A DNA stretch of 64,000 nt, taken from assembly GCA_963842525.1 (NCBI GenBank), contig CAWJGT010000003.1, positions 640,001 through 704,000 of the forward strand. The letters run 5' to 3'. The DNA is from an uncultured Holophagales bacterium. Its GTDB lineage: Bacteria > Acidobacteriota > Thermoanaerobaculia > Multivoradales > UBA5704. Shown piece by piece: positions 1-11,417 of this stretch; the first letter of the stretch is position 1; every line of letters starts with the position of its first letter. Made by a program: the position numbers and the translations under genes. Below the pieces are notes generated by a model, which saw only the letters and a list, made by a program, of their open reading frames with translations, was not told where the DNA came from and ran no database searches.

Positions 1-1086
1 ACCGGCCTGGTGGGCATGGCGACCAAGTATGCGGAGGCTGTCCTCGGCGTGAAGTACCGGGTGCTCGATCCGCGCGGCGAAATGGCGGGCGGCCCCATGT
101 ACTACCTCGCCCGCGGCGTGGGCGGACCGCTCGGCAAGACCCTGGGGTGGCTCTTCGCCCTGTTCGCGGCCATCGCCGCTTTCGGCATCGGCAACATGGT
201 GCAGTCCAATTCGGTCGCGGACGCGCTGCGCAGCTCGTTCGGCGTCCCGCCGCTCTGGACCGGCGCCGTCATCGCCGTCCTGGCCGGAATGGTCATCCTC
301 GGCGGCATCAAATCGATCGGCCGGTTCACCGAATTCTTCGTGCCGGTGATGATCCTCTTCTACATCGCCGGGGCCCTCGTGGTGCTGGCGATCAACTGGC
401 GGGGCCTGCCGGCGATCTTCGTCTACGTCCTCAAGGACGCCTTCCGTCCGGCCGCCGCGGTGGGCGGCTTTGCCGGGGCGACCCTCATGGCCGCGGTACG
501 CATGGGCGTGGCACGCGGCGTATTCTCCAACGAGTCCGGCCTGGGCACCGGCGGCATCGCCGCGGCCGCGGCCCAGACGCGGCACCCCGTTTCGCAGGCC
601 CTGGTCTCCATGACGCAGACCTTCATCGACACCATCGTGGTCTGCTCCATGACCGGCTTCGTCATCATCGCGACCGGCTCGTGGACGAAAGTCGATCCAA
701 CGACCGGCCTGGGCTTCACCGGCTCACCCCTCACCGTGGAAGCCTTCAGCACCGGCCTGCCCGGGACCTCGGGCGGAGTCGTCGTCTCGATCGGCTTGGC
801 CCTCTTTGCGTTCTCGACGATCCTGGGCTGGTCCTACTACGGCGAGCGGGCGATCGAGTACCTGCTGGGGGCGAAATCCATCCTTCCCTACCGCCTGGCG
901 TTCATCGCCGCCTCGTTCCTCGGCTGCTGGGTGCTGAGCCATCCAGGAAGCGGCGGCTTCCAACTCGTCTGGTCCTTCGCCGACGTGATGAACGGCCTCA
1001 TGGCCTTCCCCAACCTGGTGGGGTTGTTGCTGCTCTCCGGAGTGGTGGCGATGGAGACGCGGACGTATCTGGCGGCGAGGAAGTGA
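1..1086 (+). CDS. Sodium:alanine/glycine symporter (AGCS family), 5' end outside window
   Basis: Motifs [43 protein letters not shown]; many TM segments. Confidence 0.93.
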   Translation, partial: TGLVGMATKYAEAVLGVKYRVLDPRGEMAGGPMYYLARGVGGPLGKTLGWLFALFAAIAAFGIGNMVQSNSVADALRSSFGVPPLWTGAVIAVLAGMVILGGIKSIGRFTEFFVPVMILFYIAGALVVLAINWRGLPAIFVYVLKDAFRPAAAVGGFAGATLMAAVRMGVARGVFSNESGLGTGGIAAAAAQTRHPVSQALVSMTQTFIDTIVVCSMTGFVIIATGSWTKVDPTTGLGFTGSPLTVEAFSTGLPGTSGGVVVSIGLALFAFSTILGWSYYGERAIEYLLGAKSILPYRLAFIAASFLGCWVLSHPGSGGFQLVWSFADVMNGLMAFPNLVGLLLLSGVVAMETRTYLAARK

Positions 1087-1207
1087 GGGCCGGTCGCCGA
1101 GTTTGCGAAGGATTCCTTGAGCGTCCGGTCCTGAAAACCCGGGCCCGCCTTCGCCGTATCTCTTCCAGCTCGTCGCTGCGCCCTGCTTGGGTGTCAAGGA
1201 GGCCTCG

Positions 1208-2662
1208 GTGAGAGAGTCTGTGCTTGCATTTCTTCTGCTGATTTTCATCACCAACGGCCCGGCCGCGGCGGAACCGGCCGGCGATCCGGTCGAAGGCCTC
1301 TGGCTCGGCACCGCCGGAACGGAGAGGGAGAAAATCGAGGTGGGGCTCGAATTCCGGCGCGACGCCGAGGGCGCTCTCCAGCTCTTCCTCACCCAGCCGA
1401 TCGCGAATTACTTCGGCCTCCAGGCGCCGGGCACCGTGCGGCGCGAGGGAGACCAGGTCGTCGCCGAAGGGTTTGCCCTCTCGCTGCGGCTCCGCGAAGA
1501 CCGGCTCGAAGGGACCTACCCCGGGCCCAACAGCCCGGCCTCCTTCCATCGCGTCTCGCAGCTTCCGGTCCCGACGCCGATTCCCGATGTCCCGGCCGGC
1601 CCGGGACCGGCCTGGCAGACCCGTCTCAATGGGCAGATCTTCGCCTCGCCGGCTGTCTTCGACGGCAAGGTCTACATCGGCACGACCGGCGGCGTCTTCA
1701 ACGCGGTCGACGCCCGCGACGGAAAGATCCTCTGGGCGGTCGCCGCCGGTCGGCCGATCCTCGGCACCGCGCTGGTCACCGCGGACGCCGTCTTTTTCAC
1801 CTGCGACAACGGCTATCTCTTCCGGCTGCGCCGCGAAGACGGCAAGGAGGTCTGGCGCTACGATCTCGGGGATTCGCGCGCTTCGCGCGTGCTCGGGCAC
1901 CCGGCGGTCTTCAACTGGGACTGGCACGGAGCGAAGCCGGCTCTCGCGGACGGCGTCGTCTACGTCGGTGCGGGGGATGGAGGTTTTCACGCTGTCGACG
2001 CGGCGAGCGGCCAGCGGCGCTGGCGCTTCGCGACCGGCGACCGCGTGCGCGGCGGTGCTGCCATCGCTGGTGATCGCGTCGTCTTCGGCAGCGCCGATCA
2101 CTTCGTCTACGCCCTGGACCGCGCGACCGGCAAGGAGCTCTGGAAGCACGACACGGGAGTGGAGATCGAGGACGAGCCGCTCATTGCCGGCGACCGGGTC
2201 TTCATCGGCAACCGGGGAGGCGGCCTCTACGCGCTCGCGCTCGCGACCGGCGAGCGGCTATGGAAAACCTTTTTCTGGGGATCGTGGCTGGAGTCGACGC
2301 CCGTCCTGGCCGACGGCGTGCTCTACATCGGCTCATCGGATCTGCGCCGGGTCAGCGCGATCGCACCCGAGGACGGCCGCGTGCTCTGGCGCACCGACGT
2401 CTACGGCTGGACGTTCGGCACACCGCTCCTCGTCGGAGACCGGATCTTCGCCGGCGCGGCCGGCGGCGACCCGTACTTCATCCAGCACGTCGCAAGCTTT
2501 TCGATGCTCGACCGCGCGACCGGCAAGCTCCTCCGCCGCTACCCGCTGCCCGAGGTCCCCGGAGCCCACCAGTGGGGCATCGCGGGCTCTCCGGCCCTCG
2601 CCGGAGATCTTGTTGTCGTCTCGACGATTCAGGGTGGGTTGATGGCGTTTCCGGTGAAGTAG
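1208..2662 (+). CDS. Secreted PQQ-like beta-propeller repeat protein (BamB-like repeats)
   Basis: GTG at 1208 after AAGGAGG; signal peptide; repeated A-x-D-xx-T/S-G-xxx-W propeller motifs. Confidence 0.8.
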   Translation: MRESVLAFLLLIFITNGPAAAEPAGDPVEGLWLGTAGTEREKIEVGLEFRRDAEGALQLFLTQPIANYFGLQAPGTVRREGDQVVAEGFALSLRLREDRLEGTYPGPNSPASFHRVSQLPVPTPIPDVPAGPGPAWQTRLNGQIFASPAVFDGKVYIGTTGGVFNAVDARDGKILWAVAAGRPILGTALVTADAVFFTCDNGYLFRLRREDGKEVWRYDLGDSRASRVLGHPAVFNWDWHGAKPALADGVVYVGAGDGGFHAVDAASGQRRWRFATGDRVRGGAAIAGDRVVFGSADHFVYALDRATGKELWKHDTGVEIEDEPLIAGDRVFIGNRGGGLYALALATGERLWKTFFWGSWLESTPVLADGVLYIGSSDLRRVSAIAPEDGRVLWRTDVYGWTFGTPLLVGDRIFAGAAGGDPYFIQHVASFSMLDRATGKLLRRYPLPEVPGAHQWGIAGSPALAGDLVVVSTIQGGLMAFPVK

Positions 2663-2676
2663 ACGCCCTGGACGCG

Positions 2677-2865
2677 CTAGGGAACGGAAGCTTCAATCTC
2701 TACCGTCAGGTCGTTCTGACCGGCGAACCCCCCGTTTGCCCCATAGGTTACGAGCAGTACCCAGGTGGCGAAATCTGACCCCAGCCCCTCTTGAGCAGCT
2801 TTGATGGCCAGATGCAGAGCCACATTGATGTCCCCGTTGTCCGCAGTACCCGAGAATCGTGCCAT
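2677..2865 (-). CDS. 62-aa small hypothetical protein, paralog of 40558..40746
   Basis: GGAGG RBS, own promoter, close same-length paralog in this window. Confidence 0.8.
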   Translation of the reverse strand: MARFSGTADNGDINVALHLAIKAAQEGLGSDFATWVLLVTYGANGGFAGQNDLTVEIEASVP

Positions 2866-2904
2866 GCCGAGTAACCTCCCTTTGCTTTGTTTACGCTTGG
2901 TGCC

Positions 2905-2933
2905 ACCCTATGGCGTTTGCCGGCTTTCGTCAA
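2905..2933 (-). promoter_or_regulatory. sigma70-like promoter for the 62-aa gene
   Basis: TTGACG-N17-TAGGGT on minus strand. Confidence 0.5.
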
Positions 2934-3038
2934 CGGCCCGGCGGTTGACCCGCCTATGGAACGGGGCCGCCGGATCGCACCAACTCTGTCCCGTGCATCG
3001 GCGACGGCGAGTTCTTTTTGCGTGAGGTCCGATCTCCC

Positions 3039-3067
3039 TTGACACTCCCATTGCGATCCTTTATGCT
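3039..3067 (+). promoter_or_regulatory. sigma70 promoter of hicBA
   Basis: TTGACA-N17-TATGCT. Confidence 0.65.
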
Positions 3068-3121
3068 TCGAGACTAAATGCCGGGGAAGGGCTGTAGAAT
3101 GTAGCGGGGGGGTAGGAACGT

Positions 3122-3355
3122 ATGTACAAGATCACTCTGGACATCGAGCAGCTTCCTGAGGGGCCGTACCTGGGTACGAGCCCGGATCTACCCGGCCTCG
3201 TGGTGCAGGCAGACAGCGTCCAGGAAATTCTTCGGCTGGCCCCCGACGTGGCGCACGACCTCATCGCAGTGATGGTTGAAACCAACCAGCAACTGCCGTC
3301 GGGTATTGAGACGGTCACTGCTCCGGGGCGTGTCCCGGTCCTCGTACCCGCTTGA
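3122..3355 (+). CDS. hicB: HicB-like antitoxin
   Basis: EGPYLGTSPDLPGLVVQADSVQE motif; overlaps downstream HicA gene. Confidence 0.8.
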   Translation: MYKITLDIEQLPEGPYLGTSPDLPGLVVQADSVQEILRLAPDVAHDLIAVMVETNQQLPSGIETVTAPGRVPVLVPA

Positions 3356-3558
3356 CCTACCGAGAGCTGACCCGCCACCTCCGGCGGCTCGGTTGCGAGC
3401 TGATACGCCAGAGCAAGGGGAGTCACGAGATCTGGCACAACCCGAGTCAGAATCGATCGGCGGTCATTCCCAGACATCCAGGCGATCTCCCGGCCGGGAC
3501 GCTTCGGGCCATTCTCAAGGGTCTCGGTATCACCCCAGACGACCTGATCCCTCGGTAG
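3352..3558 (+). CDS. hicA: HicA family toxin
   Basis: RQSKGSHEIW...VIPRH...GTLRAILK signature, 68 aa. Confidence 0.9.
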   Translation: MTYRELTRHLRRLGCELIRQSKGSHEIWHNPSQNRSAVIPRHPGDLPAGTLRAILKGLGITPDDLIPR

Positions 3559-3573
3559 CCCTCAGGCGAGGCT

Positions 3574-3750
3574 ATGTCGAAAGCGTCCAAGCGGCCGGCC
3601 ATCGAGAGCAATGTCGTGCGCACGGAGCTTCAACGAGCCGTGGAGGAAGCGGAGCGAGATCTTGCCGAAAACCGCTGGACGGAGCACTCCGAAGTTGAGG
3701 CGAAGCTGAAGTGGTGGGCGAGCCGGGAAGACGAAGTCCATCGCCCATGA
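3574..3750 (+). CDS. 58-aa putative orphan antitoxin-like protein (not in ORF track)
   Basis: MSKASKRPAIESNVVRTELQRAVEEAERDLAENRWTEHSEVEAKLKWWASREDEVHRP; GAGG RBS; resembles C-terminal halves of ParD/CopG-type antitoxins. Confidence 0.45.
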   Translation: MSKASKRPAIESNVVRTELQRAVEEAERDLAENRWTEHSEVEAKLKWWASREDEVHRP

Positions 3751-3804
3751 CTCGCGACGAAGGGAACTGTGGTTCTCTCGCAGCTCCTCTGCTGGCGGCG
3801 CTTC

Positions 3805-6800
3805 TCAAGCAGGAGCATCACGGCCGGCCGAGCCGCTTAAGAACTCATCCACGTATGGAAAACTCCTCTCAAGGATTTCTTTCAATCTCGTGTCGACTTG
3901 CGTGGTCAGCCGCTTGAGATCGAAGAACTCCAAGACCGCACGCAGATGGGCTTCACTACCAAATGCCAAACCGTGCCGTTCCGCCAAGTACCTTGCCAAA
4001 ACGTTCAGTTCGCTCGGTGGAATCTCCTCGAATGTTCGCGGCCCCCTGCTTCGCAATCTGATCGGAGGGCTCCCCTTCATTCTGACCACGGAGAAAAGGA
4101 TGCCGCTCTTACCTGTCTCATCTTCGCAAATGACATGTTCCTGTCGAATGGCATGGTAAAGAGCCTTGTTCATAGTGCTCTTGAGCTCAGGGCCCAGCCG
4201 CTTGATGCCGCAGCCCCTCAGGTAAATGTCGTAGGCTCGTTTTGCAACCATTGGACCTTCGACCTCGACGATCCGGACAATGCCTTCCGAGACTCCCTGC
4301 TGGTTGATGCTGCGAGGGTCATTCCCAGTAGGGCCTGCATATTCAACATACCTGCTGAATGGCAGGTCGGCATCTCGCGAGTTGACCGAATAAACGGTCA
4401 GTCGTGCAATGCTAAAGGGATTTCCGTCTCCAGTCGACGGCTGCAACCGAACCTCTGCTGGAGGTGCATCCTCCCTTACTGAATTGGTTCGTGCCGGCGG
4501 TGCGTCAGAAATCGATACCTGAGTGCTCTCGACAATTTCAACAGGCATCACGATGTCTTGACCAACCGCCGGCCCAGTGGGAGAACATACGACGCGGCGC
4601 TCGGTATGCACACTCCTCGGCGCTCGTTCGGCGCCCATCGGTTCGATACCTCGCTCATCTAATGTCTTCAAAAGATTGTCCAGCGTGTCCTTCCGCCGAC
4701 GGATGAAGGCGGAGGCGAAACACCGCCAGAACGCCCAACCGGCGCGTTCCAGGACGCGCTGGCGTTGCATGTCGTCGGCCCATTTGTCTGCTCCATGATA
4801 CTTGTCTCCGTCGCACTCGACCGCCAGCCGAGCGTCATTGTGTCCCTCCACCACCATGTCGATACGGTACTGCCCGACCCTTACTTGGGGCGTCACCCAG
4901 TAGCCTCGCTGCGTGAGCTCGTCGTATATCTCACGTTCGAAAGGTGATTCGCAAAGTTTGCGCAAGTCGTGCGTGCGTACTTCATCCTGAGCGAAGGGTG
5001 TCGCGAAGTGTGAGATGAGGTTGCGCCGCAGGCGGTTCGCTTGCGAGAGGTGTTCCGGGCCTACCGAGCGCACCAGATACATCCGGTCCCTTGCGCGCGA
5101 AGCAGCTACGTTGAACCGTTGGTCATACATGATTCCGGCGAGCGTCCCGCCCACCTCGTTGGGCGCTGACACCATGGAAAGAAACATGATGTCACGCTCT
5201 TTGCCCTGGAACGTGCGGGCATCACCGCACGCGATGCGATGGCGTTGCATGAGCTCCGGCCCGACTTCATCGGATTAGCCTCTCCCATATCTCCCGCGCC
5301 TGCTTGTCCGCGAGCAGCGAGACGACCCCGATGGAGCGGCCTCCCATGTTGGGGTCAGCCACGATCGCCTTGATTTCATCGACGATGAACCTCGCCTCGG
5401 GGAGATTGACGTCGCCTCTGCGGTAGCCGTCTTCCACGACCACGTCAATGAGGGGCGGGTCGAGACGCTCGGAAGCTTTCGGCAGGCGCAATGGCCGTAG
5501 CTCGTGGTTGTAGAACTCGCGCTTGGAGTACTCGATGATTGGGCCGACACAGCGGAAATGTTCCTTCAGCATCACCGCGCTCTTGGCGAATACTACTTTG
5601 AACAGGTCATAGATCGAGCGTTCCGGCGACATCTGCGGCCGATAGGTCTCCACCTGGTTCCCTAGGAAGCGGCTCATGAGGCTGCGAATCTTCTCCTCCT
5701 CAAGGCCGACGCCTTCGGGGGAGACTTGCTTGTCGTCGCCGACGATGAGCACCTTCTGTCGCCCGTAACAAGGAAGGCAATGCCGTTAGGTCTGATTGCG
5801 ACGCTTCATCGATGACGACGAGGTCGAAGCAGCCCAATTCTGCAGGAAGTGATTCGGACACGCGGTAGTGGGGCATGATCCAGCACGGCACTGCGGGGTT
5901 CGCTTGCGATGCTGCCATACGCGCATCCTGCCTATAGCGCACCGCGCGCTTGCCGGTGCCCTTGCCGATCTTCTGAATAGCGTTGAGATAAGCCTGCAGG
6001 GCGGCCCGAATGCTGGGCGAAGCGTTCTCCGCGAGTTTCAGCCATGTTCGTTTCACCACGATGTCACGATAGGCGCGCGACAAATCGCTCTCCACTTCGT
6101 GGCGCTCCTTCGCCAGCCTCTTCAGCTCTTCTTGCGCGTCAATCGATTCGAGATAGGTGGCCAGACGCCTCAGGCGCCAAGCGCTGCGCCAGTTGTCCGG
6201 CAGAAGACCGTCCACCGTGCCCTCAAGTGGCCGCTTGAGCGATGCGGCGTACTTAGGTGCGCCGGAAGCCTCAACTTTGTCGCAGACCTCACGCAAGGCG
6301 GCGAGATGCGTGCCCAGGCCCAGCGCGCGGGATAGCTCCGCCATCAGCGCCGACCACTCGGCCTGCATCCGGGCGTCTTCAATCTCAGGATTACCCAGCG
6401 TTTCGGCGAGAAACCGGCGAATGTCCTCTATGACGCGGCCGGTGCGGCCTTCCAGTACCTTCTGAAAGCGCTCCTTGTGAACCCAGACATTGGCGAGCCG
6501 GTTCTTGGTGAGGTGGTGCCGCAGCGCCTTCTCCAGCTCAGCGAGTCGCTGCTTGTTATTCGCCACCTCGCGAACATGAGCCCAGTTGGGGAAAACGTGA
6601 GAAGCCGCGGCGCAGAGTTCGCTTTCCGCTTTCACTAGAGCCTTCACCTTGAGGTAAAGGGCGTAGTCCTGGGCGGCGGCAAGGCCGTCTTCCGGCTTGT
6701 CCCCCGGCACGACTTCAAGTCGAAGCTCGTGGGCAAGAGCGTTCCAGCGCAAGGCCAGCTCACGCAGGCATTTCAACAACGCCAGATGCTCGGCGACATG

Positions 6801-9145
6801 CTTCCAACTCTCGGTATTGGCAGGTGGATTGCCGAGAACACGAATACTGTCCAACTGCTTCTTCTGCGCGGACCTGCCGAACAGTCCTTTCAGACCAAAG
6901 GGGCTCTTGCCCTCGGCGAGATTCCCCACAGCCTCCGCGAGCTCGATATCAAGCTCGATGCCTGCGGGGGTGGTAACCGGCCGCTCAAGAAATGCCTTGC
7001 GCCGGTCGACAGCCTGCTCAAGCTCGGCGCCGAGGGCTTCCAGAATCGACATCAGGTTGTCGTTTCCGCCGCACCGCAGCCGTTCGCGCATGGCGACCGT
7101 CCAGGGACGATGCGCCTGCGCTACCTCGTCGCGTAGGCGCTGAAGCGCTTCGATGTGCGTGAGGGTTTGCTGAGCGAGAACGAGCGTCTCCTGGGTCGAA
7201 TCGGCGAGCGCCGGAACGTCGCCATTCTCCACGCTCTGTTTCAGCTTTTCGAACTGGGACAAGTCCTGGTGGACTCCCAGCAGCGTCTTGGAGTCAGGAA
7301 ACTCCACGAGTTGCGGCAGCGATGCATCGAGGTAGTCGATGTCTTGGCCTAGAGCACGCCTTGCCTCCCGTAGCCGCATAACATCCGCGTCCAAGAACTG
7401 CGGGGCGAACTCGGGAGTGATTCCAAGCGTGTCGGGAATCCATTCGAATTGGTCCGAGATTCCCGACCACATCGCGCGCCGCGTCTTGAGGGTCGATCTC
7501 CTCGGTTTCAAGCGTGATCTTGGCGAGGTTCCTCTGTGCCCATTCACCAATCTTACGGTCAATGCTGGCAAGCCTGCCATGGAGGGCATCAATGGATTCC
7601 TCAAGATGGTTGATGGCCCTTGCGGTGCTTCCGCGGTCGAGGCCCTGCACCTCGGAGGCAATCTTCTGGATGGCGTGCTCGAATTGCTTCATGCCCTCCT
7701 GTTCGCTCGTCAACAGCGAAATGGCGAGCGGGCGGATTTCTTCGGGAAGCTTTCCTGCAGCACCCCCAATGCCGGGTCCTTCATCGAGGTCACGAGCACA
7801 CGCTTGCCTTCGGCTAAGTAGTGGCAGATGACGTTAGCGATGGTGTGCGTCTTGCCCGTGCCAGGCGGACCCTGCACAACGACGCCATCGGAAATATCCA
7901 ACAGCTGGATGATGCGGACCTGCTCGTCGTTGAAGGGCTTGGGGAAGTAGAGGTCGCGCGCCTTCTTGCCGCTCGTGCTGGGCTCGGAGTGGTATAAGGC
8001 GGAGACACCACGGAAGGGTGGCAGTTCGACGACCGGGTTGGTGGTGTCCGGGTCGGTCACGACTGCGGCCACCGCAGGCGGGTAGGCCTCGGCTTCTTCG
8101 GCTTGTTTCTTCAGCTTTTCCAGGTCCTGCAGAAACAGGCTGTTGGTGCGCGGACGTGCAAAGAGCACCCATGTGTCGGTGACTTTAAGCTTGTCGTCCG
8201 CCTTGGGTAGCGTCCGGTCTTCCGCCGGCACTTCGTTTGGCCAGTAGATACCGTTCGCGTCGAGGTTGGTAACCGCCGTGCGAAGCAGAGGCTCGAAGGT
8301 GCCGCGGTCGAACGGTGAAAAGGTTGTCGTAGCTTTCTCGAAGAACTCCTTCGCCGCCTTCTCCAGATCGGCAACGCCAGGGTTGTCGACAGATGCATAC
8401 CAGTCGACCTCAATGCGAGCATCGACATCCCGCGGCCGGATTTCCACTTCGGCCGTCACGGGGTTGAGCGACATCTCGACCAGACGTCCTACCACCGGAT
8501 AGCTCACGGTAGCGCCATTGGAGTTCCAGATGCCGAGGCCCACGCCCCAGACGAGCTCGAGTTGCGCTTCGACAATGCCGCCCTCGAGCTGCTGCTTGAG
8601 CGTGAAGAGCTGGGAGTAAAGGCGGATGGTCTTGCGGCGGAACTTCTCCTCCTCGGCCCAGGGGCGCCACTTCGTGTCGAGGTAGGTGACGAACTGGGCC
8701 TTGACCAGGGCGGACTTGTCGTAGTCGGGGAGCATGACCGTCGTCTTGGGGGCGATAACAGGTTTGCCTTGCTCAGGTGGTCTTAGGACGATGAACAATG
8801 CGTGCCCGCTGCAATCAGGCTTACGCCGTCCACGGCCTCCCGTAGCCGCGGCTCTTCCGTTGGCCCCTGCGTCATCTGCACCCAGGGTCGCAGCACCGCG
8901 CTGGTAATATCCGGCGGCCTTGTCTCGTGCAGTCGCTCAACGGAAAGCCAAACCTCGTCCTCGCTCTCGGAGCCATTGACGTTTATCCGGATGCCCGGCA
9001 ACCCTCGGATCTCGTGCTCGTAGAGAGCGAAAAGACCGTGTGCGGCAACGGAAGTAGGTGGCTTGCCCCGCAACCGCGCGGACTGCTGAGCGAATTCGAT
9101 AAGAGAGAGAAGCCGATTTCCTTCAATACTCATGATACTTCCCAT
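3805..9145 (-). CDS. Large SF1 (Upf1/DNA2-like) helicase fused to Vsr/DUF559-like endonuclease and DUF3320-like tail; six ORF pieces joined by frameshifts
   Basis: In order: GPPGTGKT, DEASQ, GDDKQ, LKEHFRC, FQGKERD, RFNVAASRAR, then ESPFE..YRID..LAVECDG..YH..RQRVLERAGW. Confidence 0.85.
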
Positions 9146-9261
9146 GTCATGGCCGGGGCATACATACTATAGCATTCTTACCTGTCGCCAGCATCGCGCG
9201 TCAGGTTGGGTCCAAACCCCGTCGACCCGCGACGGCGGTAAACAGACACCACGGGAATTTG

Positions 9262-9681
9262 TCAGACTTCAAGCAGTGGACAGCACGTATCAATCTGCAT
9301 TTCACGGAGCCTGAGGGCAAAGCCGCGATCCGTTGTAATCACGGTTGCACCCAACCGGCGTGCCAGGACTGCGTACATCATGTCGTAGACGCTGTGCCGG
9401 CCCTGGGCGGCCGCGACCAACGCCTCTGGCGCCAGCGTGCGTTCGGGAACCAGGCTGTCTACGAGCCCCATACACTCCTCAAACCGGGTAAGGGCAAGGT
9501 CCAGAGGAAGAGTGCCTCCACGGATGTACTTCCAGAGCGAGTTTGCGACCTCGGAGCAGTAGAGATCTGGAGTAGAGACGATGGACGCCTCGTCGAGCTT
9601 CGTGGCCAGATAGGATGCGTGCTCCCCATTCAGGACGAGGCGCACGGCAGCGGAGGCGTCAAGAACCGCGCGGGTCGTCAA
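9262..9681 (-). CDS. vapC: PIN-domain (VapC) toxin
   Basis: VLDASA, EVANSLWK, SVYDMMY, TTD acidic PIN motifs. Confidence 0.9.
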   Translation of the reverse strand: MTTRAVLDASAAVRLVLNGEHASYLATKLDEASIVSTPDLYCSEVANSLWKYIRGGTLPLDLALTRFEECMGLVDSLVPERTLAPEALVAAAQGRHSVYDMMYAVLARRLGATVITTDRGFALRLREMQIDTCCPLLEV

Positions 9682-9923
9682 CGCTCCCGGTCCACGCGGA
9701 TGAGACCCTCGGGCGCGGGGGAGAGCTGGCTCAGCGGCTCTGTCTCGATCCTCGCCTTCAGGTTCTTCAGGATCTCGCGCCGGCGTTCTCTCGCCGTGAA
9801 CTCGGGGATCCGGCGCAGCTCCACGATAGCCTGCTGCGCCAGGCTTCGGTGCTCGGCCTGTGCTCGGAACGCCAGTGCCTCATAGACGTCGTCGGGCAGA
9901 TCGCGTATCTGGAGAGATGGCAT
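9678..9923 (-). CDS. FitA/VapB-like ribbon-helix-helix antitoxin
   Basis: MPSLQIRDLPDDVYEAL..RA...HRSL; 4-bp overlap with PIN gene. Confidence 0.88.
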   Translation of the reverse strand: MPSLQIRDLPDDVYEALAFRAQAEHRSLAQQAIVELRRIPEFTARERRREILKNLKARIETEPLSQLSPAPEGLIRVDRER

Positions 9924-9985
9924 ACGTGAAGCTCCTCAGTCTTCATCATAGTGCATGCGTTTCGCAGTAGCAAACAGCGCAAGGA

Positions 9986-10669
9986 CTACGAGGTGAGGGC
10001 CCGCCGCCGCAGGTCCCGGTTGCGGCGCCGCTCCGCCTCCTTCCGTGTCCGGCTCGCCGCCCAGGAGCAGATGGGGCAGACGTCCAGGTCGTGGTAGAGG
10101 GCCGGGCAATATTCACGGCCAAAGTAGATGATCTGGAGGTGGGCCTTTCCCCAGGTCTCCTCGGGGAAGACCTTCTTGAGGTCTTTCTCGTTCCTCTCGA
10201 CGCTCTTGCCGTTCGATAGGCCCCAGCGGGCGGCCAGCCGGTGGATGTGGGTATCCACTGCAAATGCGGGGAGCCCGAAGGCCTGGTTGAGGACCACCGA
10301 GGCGGTCTTGTGGCCGACCCCGGGCAGCCTCTCGAGCTCTTCGAGCGTCCGCGGCACCTGCCCGCCGTGCTCGGCCACCAGGATTTCCGAGAGGCGCTTC
10401 AGGTTCTTCGCCTTCCCACCGGAGAGGCCGATCCTGCGGATCAGCGACTGGATCTCGACGGCCTCCAGGGCCGCCATCTGCTGCGGGGTCGAGGCGCGGG
10501 CGAAGAGGTCCGGCGTCACCTGGTTGACCAGTTTGTCCGTGGTCTGAGCCGAAAGGACCACGGCCACCAGGAGCGTGAAGGGATCTCGGTGGTCGAGGGG
10601 GATGTCGACCTCCGGGTACAGCTCGTCCAGGATCGCAAGGATGCGCCGCGCCTTCTCCCGCTTCGTCAT
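9986..10669 (-). CDS. nth: Endonuclease III
   Basis: LLVAVVLSAQTTD, HhH LPGVGHKTA, VDTH, C-terminal Cys cluster. Confidence 0.95.
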   Translation of the reverse strand: MTKREKARRILAILDELYPEVDIPLDHRDPFTLLVAVVLSAQTTDKLVNQVTPDLFARASTPQQMAALEAVEIQSLIRRIGLSGGKAKNLKRLSEILVAEHGGQVPRTLEELERLPGVGHKTASVVLNQAFGLPAFAVDTHIHRLAARWGLSNGKSVERNEKDLKKVFPEETWGKAHLQIIYFGREYCPALYHDLDVCPICSWAASRTRKEAERRRNRDLRRRALTS

Positions 10670-10724
10670 GGCGGCGCACTTTTATCACATCCGGGGAGAT
10701 TCGTCGCTTGAAGCGTTACGTACT

Positions 10725-10961
10725 TTACCTCTTTGGTGCCGCAAAGGGATCCTCGACGTGAGCTGCGGCCTGGGCGGCGGTCAGCTTGCCCTTGCGCGTC
10801 GTCGAGGCGAAAAATTCGCAGAGCGTTTGCAGGGTCAAAAAACAGTCGCCCAGGGCCGCTTGCCGCACGATTTCCCGCGCCCTCTCCTGCTGCTCTCCGG
10901 CATCCGCGTCGACCGTATAGAACAGGATGTTGGAATCGAGACTGAGTCGCTCAACGCTCAT
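10725..10961 (-). pseudogene. 3'-truncated PIN toxin
   Basis: LDSNILFY..Q.L.EF present but only ~78 aa; C-terminal PIN acidic motifs missing. Confidence 0.7.
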
Positions 10962-11193
10962 GCAGCTCATCCCGCGAAGGGGCTCGGCCGCCGAGGTGGT
11001 GGCTCTGGTTGAGGAGGCGTTCCAATGCGGCTTCCTGCGCCGCGCTTAGAGACCGCTCCTGCCGGGGCAATGGAGAGAGAAGCGCCACGGGTTTGCCGCG
11101 TCGGGTAATGACGATCCGCTCTCCGGCCTCCGCGGCCTTCACATAGCGGGTTAGATTTTGATTGACTTCCCGCAGGCTCACTCTTTGTTCCAT
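10951..11193 (-). CDS. Phd/YefM family antitoxin
   Basis: VSLRE..NLTRY...GERIVITRRGKPVA.L. Confidence 0.88.
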   Translation of the reverse strand: MEQRVSLREVNQNLTRYVKAAEAGERIVITRRGKPVALLSPLPRQERSLSAAQEAALERLLNQSHHLGGRAPSRDELHER

Positions 11194-11417
11194 GAGATCC
11201 TCCAGCAACGGGCAATTGTAGCACGTAGAACATCGGAGAACCTCGAAGGGGAGCCCGCTGTGCTTTGAGCAGATCCTCCCGGCTTGGCCCTGGCCGTGTT
11301 ACACTCCTATGTCATTCCATCCGCCCGGCACGCTGCACGGCTCGGCCCAGGCCCGACGCGAAGCGCGAGTTGCACAATCAGACCATGACGATCACCACCC
11401 TGGTGGAGCGCTGATCC

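Noticed and set aside
3805-9145. Six-gene operon or programmed frameshifting
   Set aside because: Helicase motifs continue in order across the breaks and similar indels occur window-wide
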